Below, piece by piece: positions 44,564-55,346 of a DNA stretch of 64,000 nt; the stretch's first letter is position 1; each line of letters starts with the position of its first letter. A model generated the notes under the pieces. That model worked only from the letters and a program-made list of their open reading frames with translations. It was not told where the DNA came from and did no database searches. The DNA is from an uncultured Verrucomicrobiae bacterium. Its GTDB lineage: Bacteria > Verrucomicrobiota > Verrucomicrobiia > Limisphaerales > JAFGQR01. The position numbers were made by a program, and so were the translations under genes. The stretch covers positions 160,001 through 224,000 of the forward strand of contig CAWBHS010000038.1 of assembly GCA_963788655.1 (NCBI GenBank). Reading direction: 5' to 3'.

Positions 44564-44992
44564 GTGTATCTCGATACGGCCATTCTCGTAAAGCTCCTGG
44601 CACCCGAGCCGGACAGCGAGTTCTTCGGCAACCTGACCGATGGACAATTGCTTTCCTCGGCCTGGCTGGCATACACCGAAACGTGGTCAGCGCTGTTGGC
44701 CAAAGAACGCGCGGGAACGATTACCGCGCCGCAACGGCGGAAAGCGTGGCGCGTCTTTGAAACGCATCTGCGCGAGGAGACCATCTGGCTGGCCCCGACC
44801 ACGGAAGCCATTTACCGCCGGGCCAATCGGATTCTCGAAAACTGCCATCCTCAAGTGGCGTTGCGCTCGCTGGACGCGTTGCACTTGGCCACGTGCGATC
44901 AACTCCAGGATTGGCCGCTGTGTACCACGGACAAACGAATGCTCGCCGCGGCGGCGCACCTTGATTTCCCGACCACGCCCTTGCCGGCGTAA
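44564..44992 (+). CDS. VapC/PIN-domain toxin
   Basis: GTG start; YLDTAILVK, TE, LRSLDALHLATC, TTDKRM. Confidence 0.88.
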   Translation: MYLDTAILVKLLAPEPDSEFFGNLTDGQLLSSAWLAYTETWSALLAKERAGTITAPQRRKAWRVFETHLREETIWLAPTTEAIYRRANRILENCHPQVALRSLDALHLATCDQLQDWPLCTTDKRMLAAAAHLDFPTTPLPA

Positions 44993-45223
44993 TGTCATCG
45001 CCAAGTCCGAGCTGGGAACTACGGACGGACACGGATCAAAGACTGTTTAAGAGATTGTAGCCGCCGACGTAACAGGGAGGTTCCTAGCCGCCCAATCATG
45101 TCTGCCTCCTCACGTTGGTGGCCACAGTGTCGGCGGGTGAAGAGAGGTATGAAAATTCCGGGCTCGTTTTTCAAGCCCACCGTTTCCGGATTTGCGACAG
45201 ACTGAGCCGCTGCTGCCCCCTCG

Positions 45224-46051
45224 CTACGGGGCCGGGCGCCGATGCACTTTGTAAATGGCCGCCTGGTCAGTCGGTTTGATGACAAGTTCGTCGATGCATA
45301 CGTGCGCCGGGCGGCTGGCTACCCAGACCAGCGTCTCGGCAATGTCTTCGCCTGTCAGCGGGACCATGCCGTCATAAACCTTTTTGGAGCGCTCGGCATC
45401 GCCGTCGAAGCGCACCAGCGAAAACTCCGTTTCCACAAAACCGGGATCAATTGTGCAGACCCGCACCGGCTTGCCGCAAAGTTCGAGCCGCAAGGCCTGG
45501 GTGATGGCGCGTTCGCCATGCTTGGCCGCACAATAGGCGGAACCGTTTTCGTAGGCGAGACGCCCGGCAATCGAGCCAATGTTCAGGATGCAACTGCCGG
45601 GATTGTCAGTCATCAGCGGCAGACAGGCGCGGGTCATGCGCAACAAACCGAGCACGTTCGTTTGCACCATGAATTCCCAATCCGCATCCTTGCCGGTGGC
45701 CACGGGATCGAACCCTTTGGCGCCGCCGGCGTTGTTGACCAGCACGTCCAGTTGCGGCGGATGGGACGCCTGGGGGGTGAGGTTGACGAGCTGCTCCTTG
45801 GCCCACTGGACAAACGCCTCCACACTGGGCGTCTGGCTGACATCGAGTTCGCGAAACACGGCATGGGGTGCGCCAGCCTTTTGCGCTTCGGCGGCGACGG
45901 TTTTCAAGCGGTCCAGCCGACGCGCGCCCAGCAGCACATTGGCGCCGGCAGCACCGAACGCGTTGGCGGCGGCGGCGCCAATACCGCTCGAGGCGCCCGT
46001 GATCAAAATCCATTTGTTGGCAAGTGATGAAGACATCATGACCGTCATCAT
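45224..46051 (-). CDS. SDR oxidoreductase (YdfG-like)
   Basis: TGASSGIG, NNAG, GSIAG, YCAAK, PGFVETEFS. Confidence 0.9.
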   Translation of the reverse strand: MMTVMMSSSLANKWILITGASSGIGAAAANAFGAAGANVLLGARRLDRLKTVAAEAQKAGAPHAVFRELDVSQTPSVEAFVQWAKEQLVNLTPQASHPPQLDVLVNNAGGAKGFDPVATGKDADWEFMVQTNVLGLLRMTRACLPLMTDNPGSCILNIGSIAGRLAYENGSAYCAAKHGERAITQALRLELCGKPVRVCTIDPGFVETEFSLVRFDGDAERSKKVYDGMVPLTGEDIAETLVWVASRPAHVCIDELVIKPTDQAAIYKVHRRPAP

Positions 46052-46233
46052 GGGTGCGTCATCGCAACGGTCAAGTCAAAGGATAGATTACACGGCTAAG
46101 CTCAGAGAGCGCGCCTGTCACGGCCATCCAGCGTGGGCGGCGCTTGGTAGCACCCGCCACGGGCGCTCTCCTCCCTTCAAGTCACGTATAGTTTCTCCCC
46201 TTCAACTCTTCAACCATTCAACCACTCATTCGC

Positions 46234-47856
46234 TTAGGCCAATCCCGGCACCGCTTCCTTCCCATTGGCTGCAAACGGCAGCGGCGATAAGGGAATGCCC
46301 GGATTCCGTTCCATGAAATATCCACAGGTCCAGTCCTCGGGAAACAGGATGACGGTTTGACCTTGCGCATCTTTGGCCAGGCGCGCGCCGGTAGGCAGCA
46401 AGGAATCCGTGAGTGCTTGCGGAGTTACGTCTGGCGAAACCCAGCGCAGCAGATTCCACGGACCTTTCTCCAGCCGCGATTCGGCGCCGTATTCGCTTTG
46501 CAGGCGGTATTGCACGACTTCGAATTGCAGCGGACCGACCGCGGCCAGCAAGGGCACCCGTTGCGTGGAATTTTCCAAGTAAAGCGCCTGGACCACGCCT
46601 TCCTGAAGAAGTTGATCGAGCCCGGTACGGAAACGTTTGAACTGCGCGGTGTTGGGGCTGTGCAGCCAGGCAAAATGCTCCGGCGAAAATCGCGGCATTT
46701 CGGGAAAGACAATCGCGGCATCCTCCGTAAGCGTGTCGCCGATCCCAAAGTCCGAATGGCCCACCACGCCCAGCACGTCGCCGGGATACGCCTCATCGAC
46801 GGTTTCGCGGTCCTGCCCAAAAAGCTTGTGCGAACTCGAAAGACGCAGACGCCGTCCCGTACGCGCATGGATGACGCTCATGTCGCGAGTGAACTTGCCG
46901 GAACACACCCGCACGAACGCCAAGCGGTCGCGATGCCGGGGATCCATATTGGCCTGGATCTTGAAGATGAAGCCGGAGAACACCGGCTGTTCCGGGGCAA
47001 TCACTTGATTGAGCGCCGTGCGCGCCCGCGGCGGTGAAGCATACTCGAGAAAAGAATCCAACAGCAATTGCACGCCGAAGTTATTGACGGCGCTGCCGAA
47101 GAAGACCGGGGTCAGTTGGCCGGCGAGCACGGCCGCCGGATCGAACGTGGCTCCGGCACCTTCGAGCATGGCCAGTTCGTCAACGATCTTGGCGTGGGTA
47201 GCCTCGTCCAAACGAGCGCGCACTTCTTCATCGTTCAATCCGAGAATGTCCACCGGCGCGCGATAGGCGCCGCCCGGCACGCGTTCGAAGAAATGGACCT
47301 GTTGCCGCAAGCGGTCGAAGACTCCGGCAAAGTCCGTCCCATTGCCCAGCGGCCAGTTCATCGGGTAAGCATGGATTTGCAACACGCTTTCCAGTTCATC
47401 GAGCAGGGCCAGCGGATCCCGCGTCGGGCGGTCCAGCTTGTTCATGAACGTGAAGATCGGGATGTGCCGCAGTCGGCAAATCTCGAACAGTTTGCGGGTC
47501 TGGCTTTCGACCCCTTTGCCGGCATCGATCACCATCACCACGGCGTCCACCGCCATCAGCACCCGGTAGGTGTCTTCCGAAAAATCCTTGTGGCCGGGTG
47601 TGTCCAGGAGATTGACCCGGAAACCGTGGTAGTCGAATTGCAGCACGGTCGAGCTGACCGAGATGCCGCGCTGACGTTCCAGTTCCATCCAGTCCGACGT
47701 GGTGGCCCGCTGGTTCTTGCGCGCCGTCACCGACCCGGCCAACTGCACCGCGCCGCCGTATAACAGCAACTTCTCGGTTAAGGTCGTTTTGCCGGCGTCC
47801 GGGTGCGAAATGATTGCAAACGTTCGCCGCCGGGCAATTTGTTGTTTCAAAGGCAT
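46234..47856 (-). CDS. prfC: Peptide chain release factor 3
   Basis: RRTFAIISHPDAGKTTLTEK, SDWMELERQRGIS, DTPGHKDFSEDTYR, NKLD, FKIQANMDPRHRDR. Confidence 0.97.
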   Translation of the reverse strand: MPLKQQIARRRTFAIISHPDAGKTTLTEKLLLYGGAVQLAGSVTARKNQRATTSDWMELERQRGISVSSTVLQFDYHGFRVNLLDTPGHKDFSEDTYRVLMAVDAVVMVIDAGKGVESQTRKLFEICRLRHIPIFTFMNKLDRPTRDPLALLDELESVLQIHAYPMNWPLGNGTDFAGVFDRLRQQVHFFERVPGGAYRAPVDILGLNDEEVRARLDEATHAKIVDELAMLEGAGATFDPAAVLAGQLTPVFFGSAVNNFGVQLLLDSFLEYASPPRARTALNQVIAPEQPVFSGFIFKIQANMDPRHRDRLAFVRVCSGKFTRDMSVIHARTGRRLRLSSSHKLFGQDRETVDEAYPGDVLGVVGHSDFGIGDTLTEDAAIVFPEMPRFSPEHFAWLHSPNTAQFKRFRTGLDQLLQEGVVQALYLENSTQRVPLLAAVGPLQFEVVQYRLQSEYGAESRLEKGPWNLLRWVSPDVTPQALTDSLLPTGARLAKDAQGQTVILFPEDWTCGYFMERNPGIPLSPLPFAANGKEAVPGLA

Positions 47857-48354
47857 AATGTGTTCAAAACTTGTTCTTCCTCCGCGGTGACCATTGGGCA
47901 ATTGATTCCTTCCGTCGGGAAGTGAACCAGATTCGGGGTCGGCTCCATCGACCGCCTTGGGAAGCGGTCACAGAACCGGAAGACTCAGCCGGCCGAAGCC
48001 GTTCAATCCGCGGAGGAATTCGAGTGAAACGACGCCGTCCCGAGTCTGCCTGAAGGGGCGGACTAGGGCGGAGTGCAACCCGTCCAAGCCGTTGGCTGGC
48101 AGGTTACGAAAGAGGCCGTCACGTCCGTCGGAACGCGGCGCAAGTCGTTGACCATTGCAAAACTCACGAGCGTGAATGTAACCAACCGTCGCCGGTGGGC
48201 AAGTTTTCTTTTAACGGGCGGATTAGTGGTCAGAATATAGCTGAAGCTCAAGAATTGAAGTGAAGTTAAAGGGACGCTGTGTTCGTGACTGCGCAGCGGG
48301 AATGGAAAGAAATTTGCCTTCACTCTTTTAGACCGGTCCGCCACAGTACGGTCC

Positions 48355-49062
48355 ATGACCAATCCAATCATTGTCGCCCTGGACGTTCCCACGGCGGAAA
48401 GGGCTTGGGCGTTGGCGGAAGAACTGGCGCCGGTTGTTGGGGCGTTCAAGATCGGCAGCGAACTGTTCACCAGCGCCGGACCGGACATTGTCCGCCGCAT
48501 TCGGGCGACGGGTGCGGCAGTGTTCCTGGATTTGAAATTTCATGACATTCCCAACACCGTCGCCAAAGCGGTCGCCGCCGCCGTGCGCCTCGAAGTACAA
48601 ATGTTGACCATTCATACCAGCGGCGGGCTGGCGATGATGTTCGCCGCCGAAGCTGCGGCCCGGGAAATGGCCCAGGAACTGGACCACCCGCTGCCCTTGA
48701 TCCTGGGGGTAACGGTTTTGACCAGCATGGACAGCCAGGCGTTGGTCGAACTCGGGCTGGATTCCAGCGTGGGCAAGCAGGTCGAACGATTGGTCGGCTT
48801 GGCCGTCCAAGCCGGACTGCGCGGCCTGGTGTGCTCGCCGCTCGAAGTGGCGGGCTTGCGCCAGTTGCTGCCGGCTGAAATGCAACTCGTCACCCCCGGC
48901 ATTCGCGGTCCCGAAGACGCGGCCGGTGACCAGAAGCGCACGTTGAGCGCGAGCGAGGCCATGGCTGCCGGAGCCAATTGGCTCGTCATTGGCCGGCCTA
49001 TTTATGCCGCGCCGAGTCCGCGGGCGGCGGCGGAGAAAATATTGGGCACGCTGGGCGATTAG
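48355..49062 (+). CDS. pyrF: Orotidine-5'-phosphate decarboxylase
   Basis: IVALD, FKIG, FLDLKFHDIPNT, VTVLTS, VTPGIR, DQKR, VIGRPI. Confidence 0.97.
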   Translation: MTNPIIVALDVPTAERAWALAEELAPVVGAFKIGSELFTSAGPDIVRRIRATGAAVFLDLKFHDIPNTVAKAVAAAVRLEVQMLTIHTSGGLAMMFAAEAAAREMAQELDHPLPLILGVTVLTSMDSQALVELGLDSSVGKQVERLVGLAVQAGLRGLVCSPLEVAGLRQLLPAEMQLVTPGIRGPEDAAGDQKRTLSASEAMAAGANWLVIGRPIYAAPSPRAAAEKILGTLGD

Positions 49063-49196
49063 CGTTGAAGACCGAAGGCCGAAATTCGCAATCCGCTAGA
49101 AACGCAAAGCGCGAATGCCGAAAATCCAGAATGGCGTCACTTTGATTGGCTGGTGCTCGACTGGCTGGAGTTTCAAGGCGCCTTCCAGTAACGAGA

Positions 49197-49350
49197 TGAA
49201 GACTGCGTCAATTATCCTGGTGATGATTCTGGCGGGTTGCGTCACCAGCGAGGGGGCCACCAACGACTCCGTGTTGGCCAAGGCAGCTCGCGGCATCGAA
49301 GCCCATCGAAAAGGTCAGGCGACAATTCATTGGCAGCGAACGACCGTTAG
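49197..49350 (+). pseudogene. N-terminal remnant of a lipoprotein (GH10-like start), cut at a REP
   Basis: MKTASIILVMILAGC lipobox, then GIEAHRKGQATI, ending at the palindrome. Confidence 0.45.
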
Positions 49351-49353
49351 GTT

Positions 49354-49430
49354 TTGGAGTGCGGCAGTCCTCTGCCGCTGTCGAACGTAACGCCATCGCT
49401 CGAAAGCGGCAGAGGACTGCCGCACTCCAA
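49354..49430. repeat. REP-like palindrome with 26-bp perfect arms
   Basis: ttggagtgcggcagtcctctgccgct / agcggcagaggactgccgcactccaa. Confidence 0.85.
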
Positions 49431-49496
49431 GACGCTACCGCGTTGGCGCCAGCCCGAACCCATCCACCCCGGCTCCTTGGTCAGTCTCGAGCAAAT

Positions 49497-52334
49497 TCAG
49501 TTTGTTCGTTTATTGGTAATACCACCCACGTCAACCCGGGAGATGGGTTGTCCGTCCGCATCCAGACGAAGCACGGTAACGAACGCGGTGGTCGTCGTTC
49601 CGGCAAAACCAGTTGTTGCGCCTGGTCTGCCGTCGAACATGGGATCGTTGCGGATGATGATTACGTCGCTGCCCCCATCCATGCGCTGGACGCGAACGCC
49701 AGTGGCGGGGATGGGCCCGCTGGTCGTCAGTGGCTCGATCGACTTCACGAGGTCAATCTCCTGGTAGGGATCGATGAGGCAGACAAACGTGGCGTCGTTC
49801 CCCGTCTGACGGAGAATGGCTTGCTGGCGATCGCCCGGAACGTTGCCGGTGAACACCTTCATACCGGGAGCGGGCCGGACCCAGGTTTTGACTTCAGTGG
49901 CCGGGTGACCGTGGCGTTCATTGGGCGCTGCCGCGTCGGGATTGGGTTTGGTTGCGTTTCGCGACCAAATGCCGGTCCATTGGCCCGGCACTGGTTGGGG
50001 GCCGATGGCTAGAACATTGCGGTACCCCGGCGTGGTATCGGCCATGGGCCGAAGGGTGGCCCGGTCGATGCCTTGCATCCGGTCGAGCTGGCCGCGGAAA
50101 CAGAGCGGGTAATCGAACACGTGCTGCGCCGGACCCCAGGCCCGATAGACATCGAGGAGGTACCCGGGCATTTGGATAACGGTTCGGTCCAGCGCCACTC
50201 CGGCGTAAGCGCCCGCCGCCTGGGCCCGTATCACCTTCACGCCGCCTTCGTCCGCGAAGCAAATCAGCCGACCCGAAGTGGGATTCTGCGAATGCTCGTC
50301 AATGCTCAAGGTCCAGTGGGCAATGCTGGTCTTGGTCCAGTTGGCATGCCGGTCGTCTTCGTAACGGAAAAACTGCGGTTCACCCGCAAGTTCGTCACCG
50401 TCGGCGAACAGGATGAGGTTGAGTTTATCGTAGTGGCCATGGACGCCTCCGTGCGGGCCGTAGTCCATCAGGAGAAAGGTTTCGCCGCCGGCGTCCTGGC
50501 CGCGGAGGATGGCATAGCCCAACTTGTCGAAAACGAGCGAGCGTTGGCCCTTTACGGGCACTTCGGGCAGCGGTTCGTAAATTCGGGTGGGGAAGTAGCA
50601 GGCGGGCGATTGATGGAGCTGCCGGGGCGTCTGGTTGATGGTGTGGGCATAGTTCGGATCACCATAGCGCAAATAGGCGTAGTCGAACGCCATTGCCGTC
50701 CATCCGCTGCCCACTGGGGCGCGGCTGGAATCGTTGATGCCCGGGCTGGTGCCATCGGGATACGCGTAGGCAAATTCGGAGTCGAAGAGATTTTTGAACG
50801 CGTTCGTTTTGTAGCTCCACAGGTCAATGCCTTTGCACGCCAGCGCCTCGAGCCCGCCAACCATGGCGTGCCGGGCGAATTGCTGGTAACCGATGGCGCC
50901 TTCGCCCCACATGCCGTCCTCCCCAATGCCGTTTTCGAGCATGTACTTCAACCCGTCGGCGCCCACGTCGATCCAGTCCTGATCTCCGAGCACACTGCCG
51001 CCCTGAACGAAGGCCAGATTGTAAAAAGCCGTCCAGTTGCCCAGCGCGCCCGAGCGCGTTTTCTTCGGCGCCGGATCGGTCCGCCAATTGGGATTCGCTT
51101 TCGTTTTGGCGGCGACCGTTTCGGCTGCCGGCGTCTTCCGGTTGATGAACGTGAGGGCACACCGGATGAGGTCTCGCTCAATGAGCGTTCGGTCGGCGGC
51201 GGAAAACGCCTTGCTGTCCGCGGTCAAATCGTAAGCCTGAATGAGCGGGATCAACCACATGGCTTCGCTCAAACGTTGGGCCATCACTTTCGAGGTGTCG
51301 CTGCCGTTGACACCTTTGTGTTCCTGGTAATCGTTGGGATAGAGGCGGGCGTAACCGACCAGGATTTCGCGCACGCGTTCCGCATATTTCCGGTCCCCAG
51401 TAATGCGGTAAGCGTAACCGCAAATACCGGCTTGTTTCGAAAGGGCGTCATGGGCTTGGGCCGCCGCATCGCCGCGGCTCTTGATCTGCGCAGGCATCTT
51501 CGGATCCGGATGAATGACGGGATGGTCCAGGTATTGGTCGGCGCTCGCAATGATTCCGTCGAGCACGGGCTGGCCGCGCGGACTTTGGCGCATCCTGGCA
51601 AACAGCGTCTGCCATCCCTCGGCCGTCAGGTAAATGCCCGGTCGCTCTTCCAACGGAATGGGCTTCGGCAACGTGACGGCAACCTCCGAGTAATCGTTGC
51701 GCGGCGGCCGACTGCGGATGTCGCGCGGCAGATCCGGATTGAAGTTCGGAACCGTGAGATACGGCGCCAAGTCGGCCGAAGTTACCACCTCGATCTCGCC
51801 GAAACCACCCCACCCGCATGGCTGACCGTTCTTCATTAGGCCCCCCGGATGATTGTTCCGGACAGTGACTTCGATCCAACTCGCTTTCCGTCCGCCCAGA
51901 TCCAGCGTCTGGCGCGGCTTGGGCTGACCGCGTTTCGCGGGCTCCTTGGCCAGTGTCTTCGCAAACGTGGTGCCATCGGACAGCTTGACTTCGACGTCGC
52001 AGGGGCACTGTTCCGAGGCGTAGTCACTGTCAATGAAATGAATCGCATCGAGCGACAATTCAGCGACCAGATCGATGTGGAACCGATACGGGGCGCCGGT
52101 GATGACCTGCCGCGAGTGAACATTGCCGTCCACCACGTCCGGCGGGAAGGTCTGGCGATCCTTGATCACCTTTTCGTCCAGCAGTTCGAGGCGAATCCGC
52201 CCGCCGTTATCCAGCCGGGCGGCGTTGTGGGCCTGGATGTCCCGATCCGCCTGGCGCGGATCCACCCGGTTTGGCGCTGCCCAGACGGAACCGCCAATCA
52301 TCAACAAAGCAAAGAACGTTACACGTGTCATCAT
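49497..52334 (-). CDS. Secreted alginate lyase / heparinase II/III-family polysaccharide lyase
   Basis: Signal MMTRVTFFALLMIGG; QRLSEAMW, DGMWGEG..GY, PDGTSPGIND, YGPHGGVHGHYDKL. Confidence 0.82.
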   Translation of the reverse strand: MMTRVTFFALLMIGGSVWAAPNRVDPRQADRDIQAHNAARLDNGGRIRLELLDEKVIKDRQTFPPDVVDGNVHSRQVITGAPYRFHIDLVAELSLDAIHFIDSDYASEQCPCDVEVKLSDGTTFAKTLAKEPAKRGQPKPRQTLDLGGRKASWIEVTVRNNHPGGLMKNGQPCGWGGFGEIEVVTSADLAPYLTVPNFNPDLPRDIRSRPPRNDYSEVAVTLPKPIPLEERPGIYLTAEGWQTLFARMRQSPRGQPVLDGIIASADQYLDHPVIHPDPKMPAQIKSRGDAAAQAHDALSKQAGICGYAYRITGDRKYAERVREILVGYARLYPNDYQEHKGVNGSDTSKVMAQRLSEAMWLIPLIQAYDLTADSKAFSAADRTLIERDLIRCALTFINRKTPAAETVAAKTKANPNWRTDPAPKKTRSGALGNWTAFYNLAFVQGGSVLGDQDWIDVGADGLKYMLENGIGEDGMWGEGAIGYQQFARHAMVGGLEALACKGIDLWSYKTNAFKNLFDSEFAYAYPDGTSPGINDSSRAPVGSGWTAMAFDYAYLRYGDPNYAHTINQTPRQLHQSPACYFPTRIYEPLPEVPVKGQRSLVFDKLGYAILRGQDAGGETFLLMDYGPHGGVHGHYDKLNLILFADGDELAGEPQFFRYEDDRHANWTKTSIAHWTLSIDEHSQNPTSGRLICFADEGGVKVIRAQAAGAYAGVALDRTVIQMPGYLLDVYRAWGPAQHVFDYPLCFRGQLDRMQGIDRATLRPMADTTPGYRNVLAIGPQPVPGQWTGIWSRNATKPNPDAAAPNERHGHPATEVKTWVRPAPGMKVFTGNVPGDRQQAILRQTGNDATFVCLIDPYQEIDLVKSIEPLTTSGPIPATGVRVQRMDGGSDVIIIRNDPMFDGRPGATTGFAGTTTTAFVTVLRLDADGQPISRVDVGGITNKRTN

Positions 52335-52499
52335 GGTTTCAGGAAATACCTTAAGGGCGGCGCTATTTAAGTTAAAGTCGAAAACGATGCTTTGTCCAAA
52401 ACCGCCCGGCCCGCCCGCATTAACTTGCTGCCGCAGCCCCTCAAGAAATGGCCAAGGATCAATGCTCCTTGACCAGTCCCCCATCGGCCAGAAGAACGC

Positions 52500-52673
52500 A
52501 GCCCGAACCGCCCCGGCACTGGGTTTCAAGGGAGAAAGTCCGCGCGCGATTTCGTACGCGTTCAGGAAGCGCAGGCACTTCACTTCCTTGGGCAGATACT
52601 CCTTCGCGAACGTGGTCTTCCCCGCGCCGTTGGAACCGGCAATCAAATAGATCGTTGGAGGCTGTGCGGGCAT
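52500..52673 (-). pseudogene. Zeta-toxin-like/AAA ATPase, N-terminal fragment
   Basis: IAGSNGAGKTTFA..FLNA.EIARGLSP; truncated after ~58 aa. Confidence 0.7.
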
Positions 52674-52676
52674 GGA

Positions 52677-52916
<240 letters not shown>

Positions 52917-53013
52917 CTATCGTTCCGCGAAATCCTTCTCGCCGCTTCCCAAGCGGCTGGAATCCAAGCGCGCCGCTCTTGTTGAGAAACTTTGGTTAGA
53001 GATGAGGCTCGCA

Positions 53014-53225
53014 TCACGTGAACAGTTGCCGAACCTTGGCTTTGGTTTCATCCAGTTTCGGGTTCTTCACCTTGCCGGCAGTGTAGAGGATCACCGATTG
53101 CCCGACCGTGAACAGGCGATTCGGACGGATGAAGCTGTCCAGAGCGGGACGGCGTTTGCCCGCTTGCAAGTTTGTTTGCGGAAACGGCAGGACGACAACC
53201 TCGCCGACTATAGGCTTGCCGCGTA
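53014..53225 (-). pseudogene. PemK/MazF-like toxin remnant with an internal deletion
   Basis: GEVVVLPFPQTNLQAGKRRPAL is joined directly to SFIRPNRLFTV. Confidence 0.7.
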
Positions 53226-53357
53226 GAGACTGCCCCGAATTCCCTAGTGGCTGAATTCGGTGCCCTTTCGTGACTTCTTGACCTTCGCGATGATGCGAGA
53301 ATAGTTCCGCATTAGTTCCGTATGGTCTATCTGACTCACCAAATCCCCAACAAAAAG

Positions 53358-53711
53358 TGGTGGAGGCGGCGGGAATCGAACCCGCGTCCCTAGCCAAGTT
53401 GTCAGCAGCGCCTACATGTTTAGCCGGAAGAGAGTCTCAGCGTTTGGATAACCTTCCGGCACGAATCCATCCGCCCAGTCCGCATGTAAAATCTTCAGGC
53501 CATTGCGCGCCGACTCCGCATTGACCCTAACCTGCTGTGGCGTTCGTCCGGCGTAGCAGGTGTCCACCGGCAAACGTCGCGGCGTAGTTAGGCCGCGAGA
53601 GCTAATTCATTGTTAGCAGTTAATTTTTGACCCGATGATTAACGAGGCCAACGGATCGTCCTCGACATGCCGCCTCTGACGCATCAACCAGGTCGAAACC
53701 AGTACGCCCCC
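53358..53711 (-). ncRNA. ssrA: tmRNA
   Basis: 5' GGGGGCGTACTGGTTTCGAC, 3' GGTTCGATTCCCGCCGCCTCCACCA with a G3:U pair; tag ORF ANNELALAA* at 53617-53588. Confidence 0.97.
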
Positions 53712-53993
53712 AGAGACGACGACACTATCCGCCCGATTCGTCTGAGGGTCAAGGAAACAGGGTAAAGAGTTCAAAGGTCGAATCCGGACGTTACCCACCG
53801 GGCTTAACACCCCGATGGTCTGTCGCCGCCAGATAATTTGCGCTCCGGGCTCCAGATTGCCAGGCTGCGACGCCAAATTGAAGGTGGGTTCACGGCAAAT
53901 TCGCTGCGAATTCCTCCTTCACTTCGGAAGTCAAATCGAACATGCTGTCGCACAACCGCAATAACAATTCGCAACCATAGAAAGCAATTCATC

Positions 53994-55346
53994 ATGAACC
54001 GACGACAATTTCTTCAACGCACCGGCTTGGGCGTAACCCTGTTTAACCTGGCTCCCTCCGTGGGGCTGCACGGAGCCCAGAATGCTTCCCCGAATAACAA
54101 GCTCAACCTGGCCGGCATCGGCATCGGCAGCCGCGGCGGGGCGGACATCGACGCGATGGCGGCCGAGGGGCAGAACTTCGTGGCCTTGTGCGACGTGGAC
54201 GACAAGTATGCCGCCAATGAGTTCGCGAAATATCCGCAAGCCAAGCGCTTTAAAGATTACCGAGTGATGCTTGACCGGATAGGCCGCGAGATCGATGGGG
54301 TGGTGATCGGCACTCCCGACCACACGCACGCCATTATTGCGATGGAAGCCATGAAACGCGGTAAGCACGTCTATTGCGAAAAGCCCCTGGCGCACTCGGT
54401 CCAGGAAGTTCGCAAGCTTATGGCCGCGGCGCACCAGTACAAAGTAGTCACCCAACTTGGGAACCAGGGGCATTCCGACAACTCGATCCGGCGGCTCTGC
54501 GAATGGGTTTGGGCGGGCGCCATCGGCAAGGTCCATACCGTCCACGCGGCGTGCGATGCCTTTCCCGAGGTGTATTGCCAACTCCGGAACCTCGACAAGA
54601 TCAACCAGCACTACGACGTGCCCAAGACGCTGGACTACAACCTCTGGATCGGGCCGGTTCCGTTTCGTCCCTACACCCCGTTCTGGGTGCCTTGGAATTG
54701 GCGCGGGTGGTTGCCGTTCGGCACCGGCACGATTGGCGACTGGTTCTGTCATGTGCTCGATCCGTCGTTCTGGGCCTTGGATCTCGACGCGCCGACCACA
54801 GTGCGGGCGGAGGTGACCGGTTACGATCCCGTGAAAGACGGGCTAACGTATCCGCCAGGCAGCAAAATTACATTCGAATTTCCAGCCAAAGGGCAGCGCG
54901 GCCCCGTCCAAGTAGTTTGGCACGATGGCAAAACGCGGATTCCGACCCCGAAGAATTTTCCAAACGACGAAAAGGTGCCTGGAACCGGTGGGATTTTGTT
55001 CGGGGACAAAGGCATGATTGTCCACGGTTCGCACGGGGCCGGCGGCTGCCATCTTGTTCCAGACGAACTCATGAATCAATACTCCGGCAAGAACGCGCCT
55101 GCGCAAAAAATCCCCCGCGTCAAAAGCCATGCCTGGGATTGGCTGGAAGCCATTCGCACCGGCCGGCAAGCGGGCAGCAATTTCGATTTCGGCGGGCCGC
55201 TCACTGAAACCGCCCTGCTGGGCGCCATTGCCATCCGGTTTCCGGGCCAGACCCTCAAGTGGGACACCCGGGCGATGCGCTTCACTAACCACGAGGCGGC
55301 CAATGCTTACTTGAATCCGCCGTATCGCGAGGGCTGGAGCCTGTAA
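53994..55346 (+). CDS. Gfo/Idh/MocA oxidoreductase with a Tat signal
   Basis: MNRRQFL, GIGIGSRG, GTPDHTH, HVYCEKP, GTIGDWFCH. Confidence 0.93.
   Translation: MNRRQFLQRTGLGVTLFNLAPSVGLHGAQNASPNNKLNLAGIGIGSRGGADIDAMAAEGQNFVALCDVDDKYAANEFAKYPQAKRFKDYRVMLDRIGREIDGVVIGTPDHTHAIIAMEAMKRGKHVYCEKPLAHSVQEVRKLMAAAHQYKVVTQLGNQGHSDNSIRRLCEWVWAGAIGKVHTVHAACDAFPEVYCQLRNLDKINQHYDVPKTLDYNLWIGPVPFRPYTPFWVPWNWRGWLPFGTGTIGDWFCHVLDPSFWALDLDAPTTVRAEVTGYDPVKDGLTYPPGSKITFEFPAKGQRGPVQVVWHDGKTRIPTPKNFPNDEKVPGTGGILFGDKGMIVHGSHGAGGCHLVPDELMNQYSGKNAPAQKIPRVKSHAWDWLEAIRTGRQAGSNFDFGGPLTETALLGAIAIRFPGQTLKWDTRAMRFTNHEAANAYLNPPYREGWSL

Noticed and set aside
50073..51839. Long antisense ORFs (588 aa here; also 3958-5154, 38994-40148, 41367-42593, 55962-57347)
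   Set aside because: They are shadow ORFs opposite well-supported genes in high-GC DNA and carry no motifs.
49497..52673. 1058-aa P-loop ATPase-lyase fusion in the ORF track
   Set aside because: The ATPase part is a ~58-aa fragment followed by junk. A signal peptide starts at 52334, so the in-frame join is coincidental.
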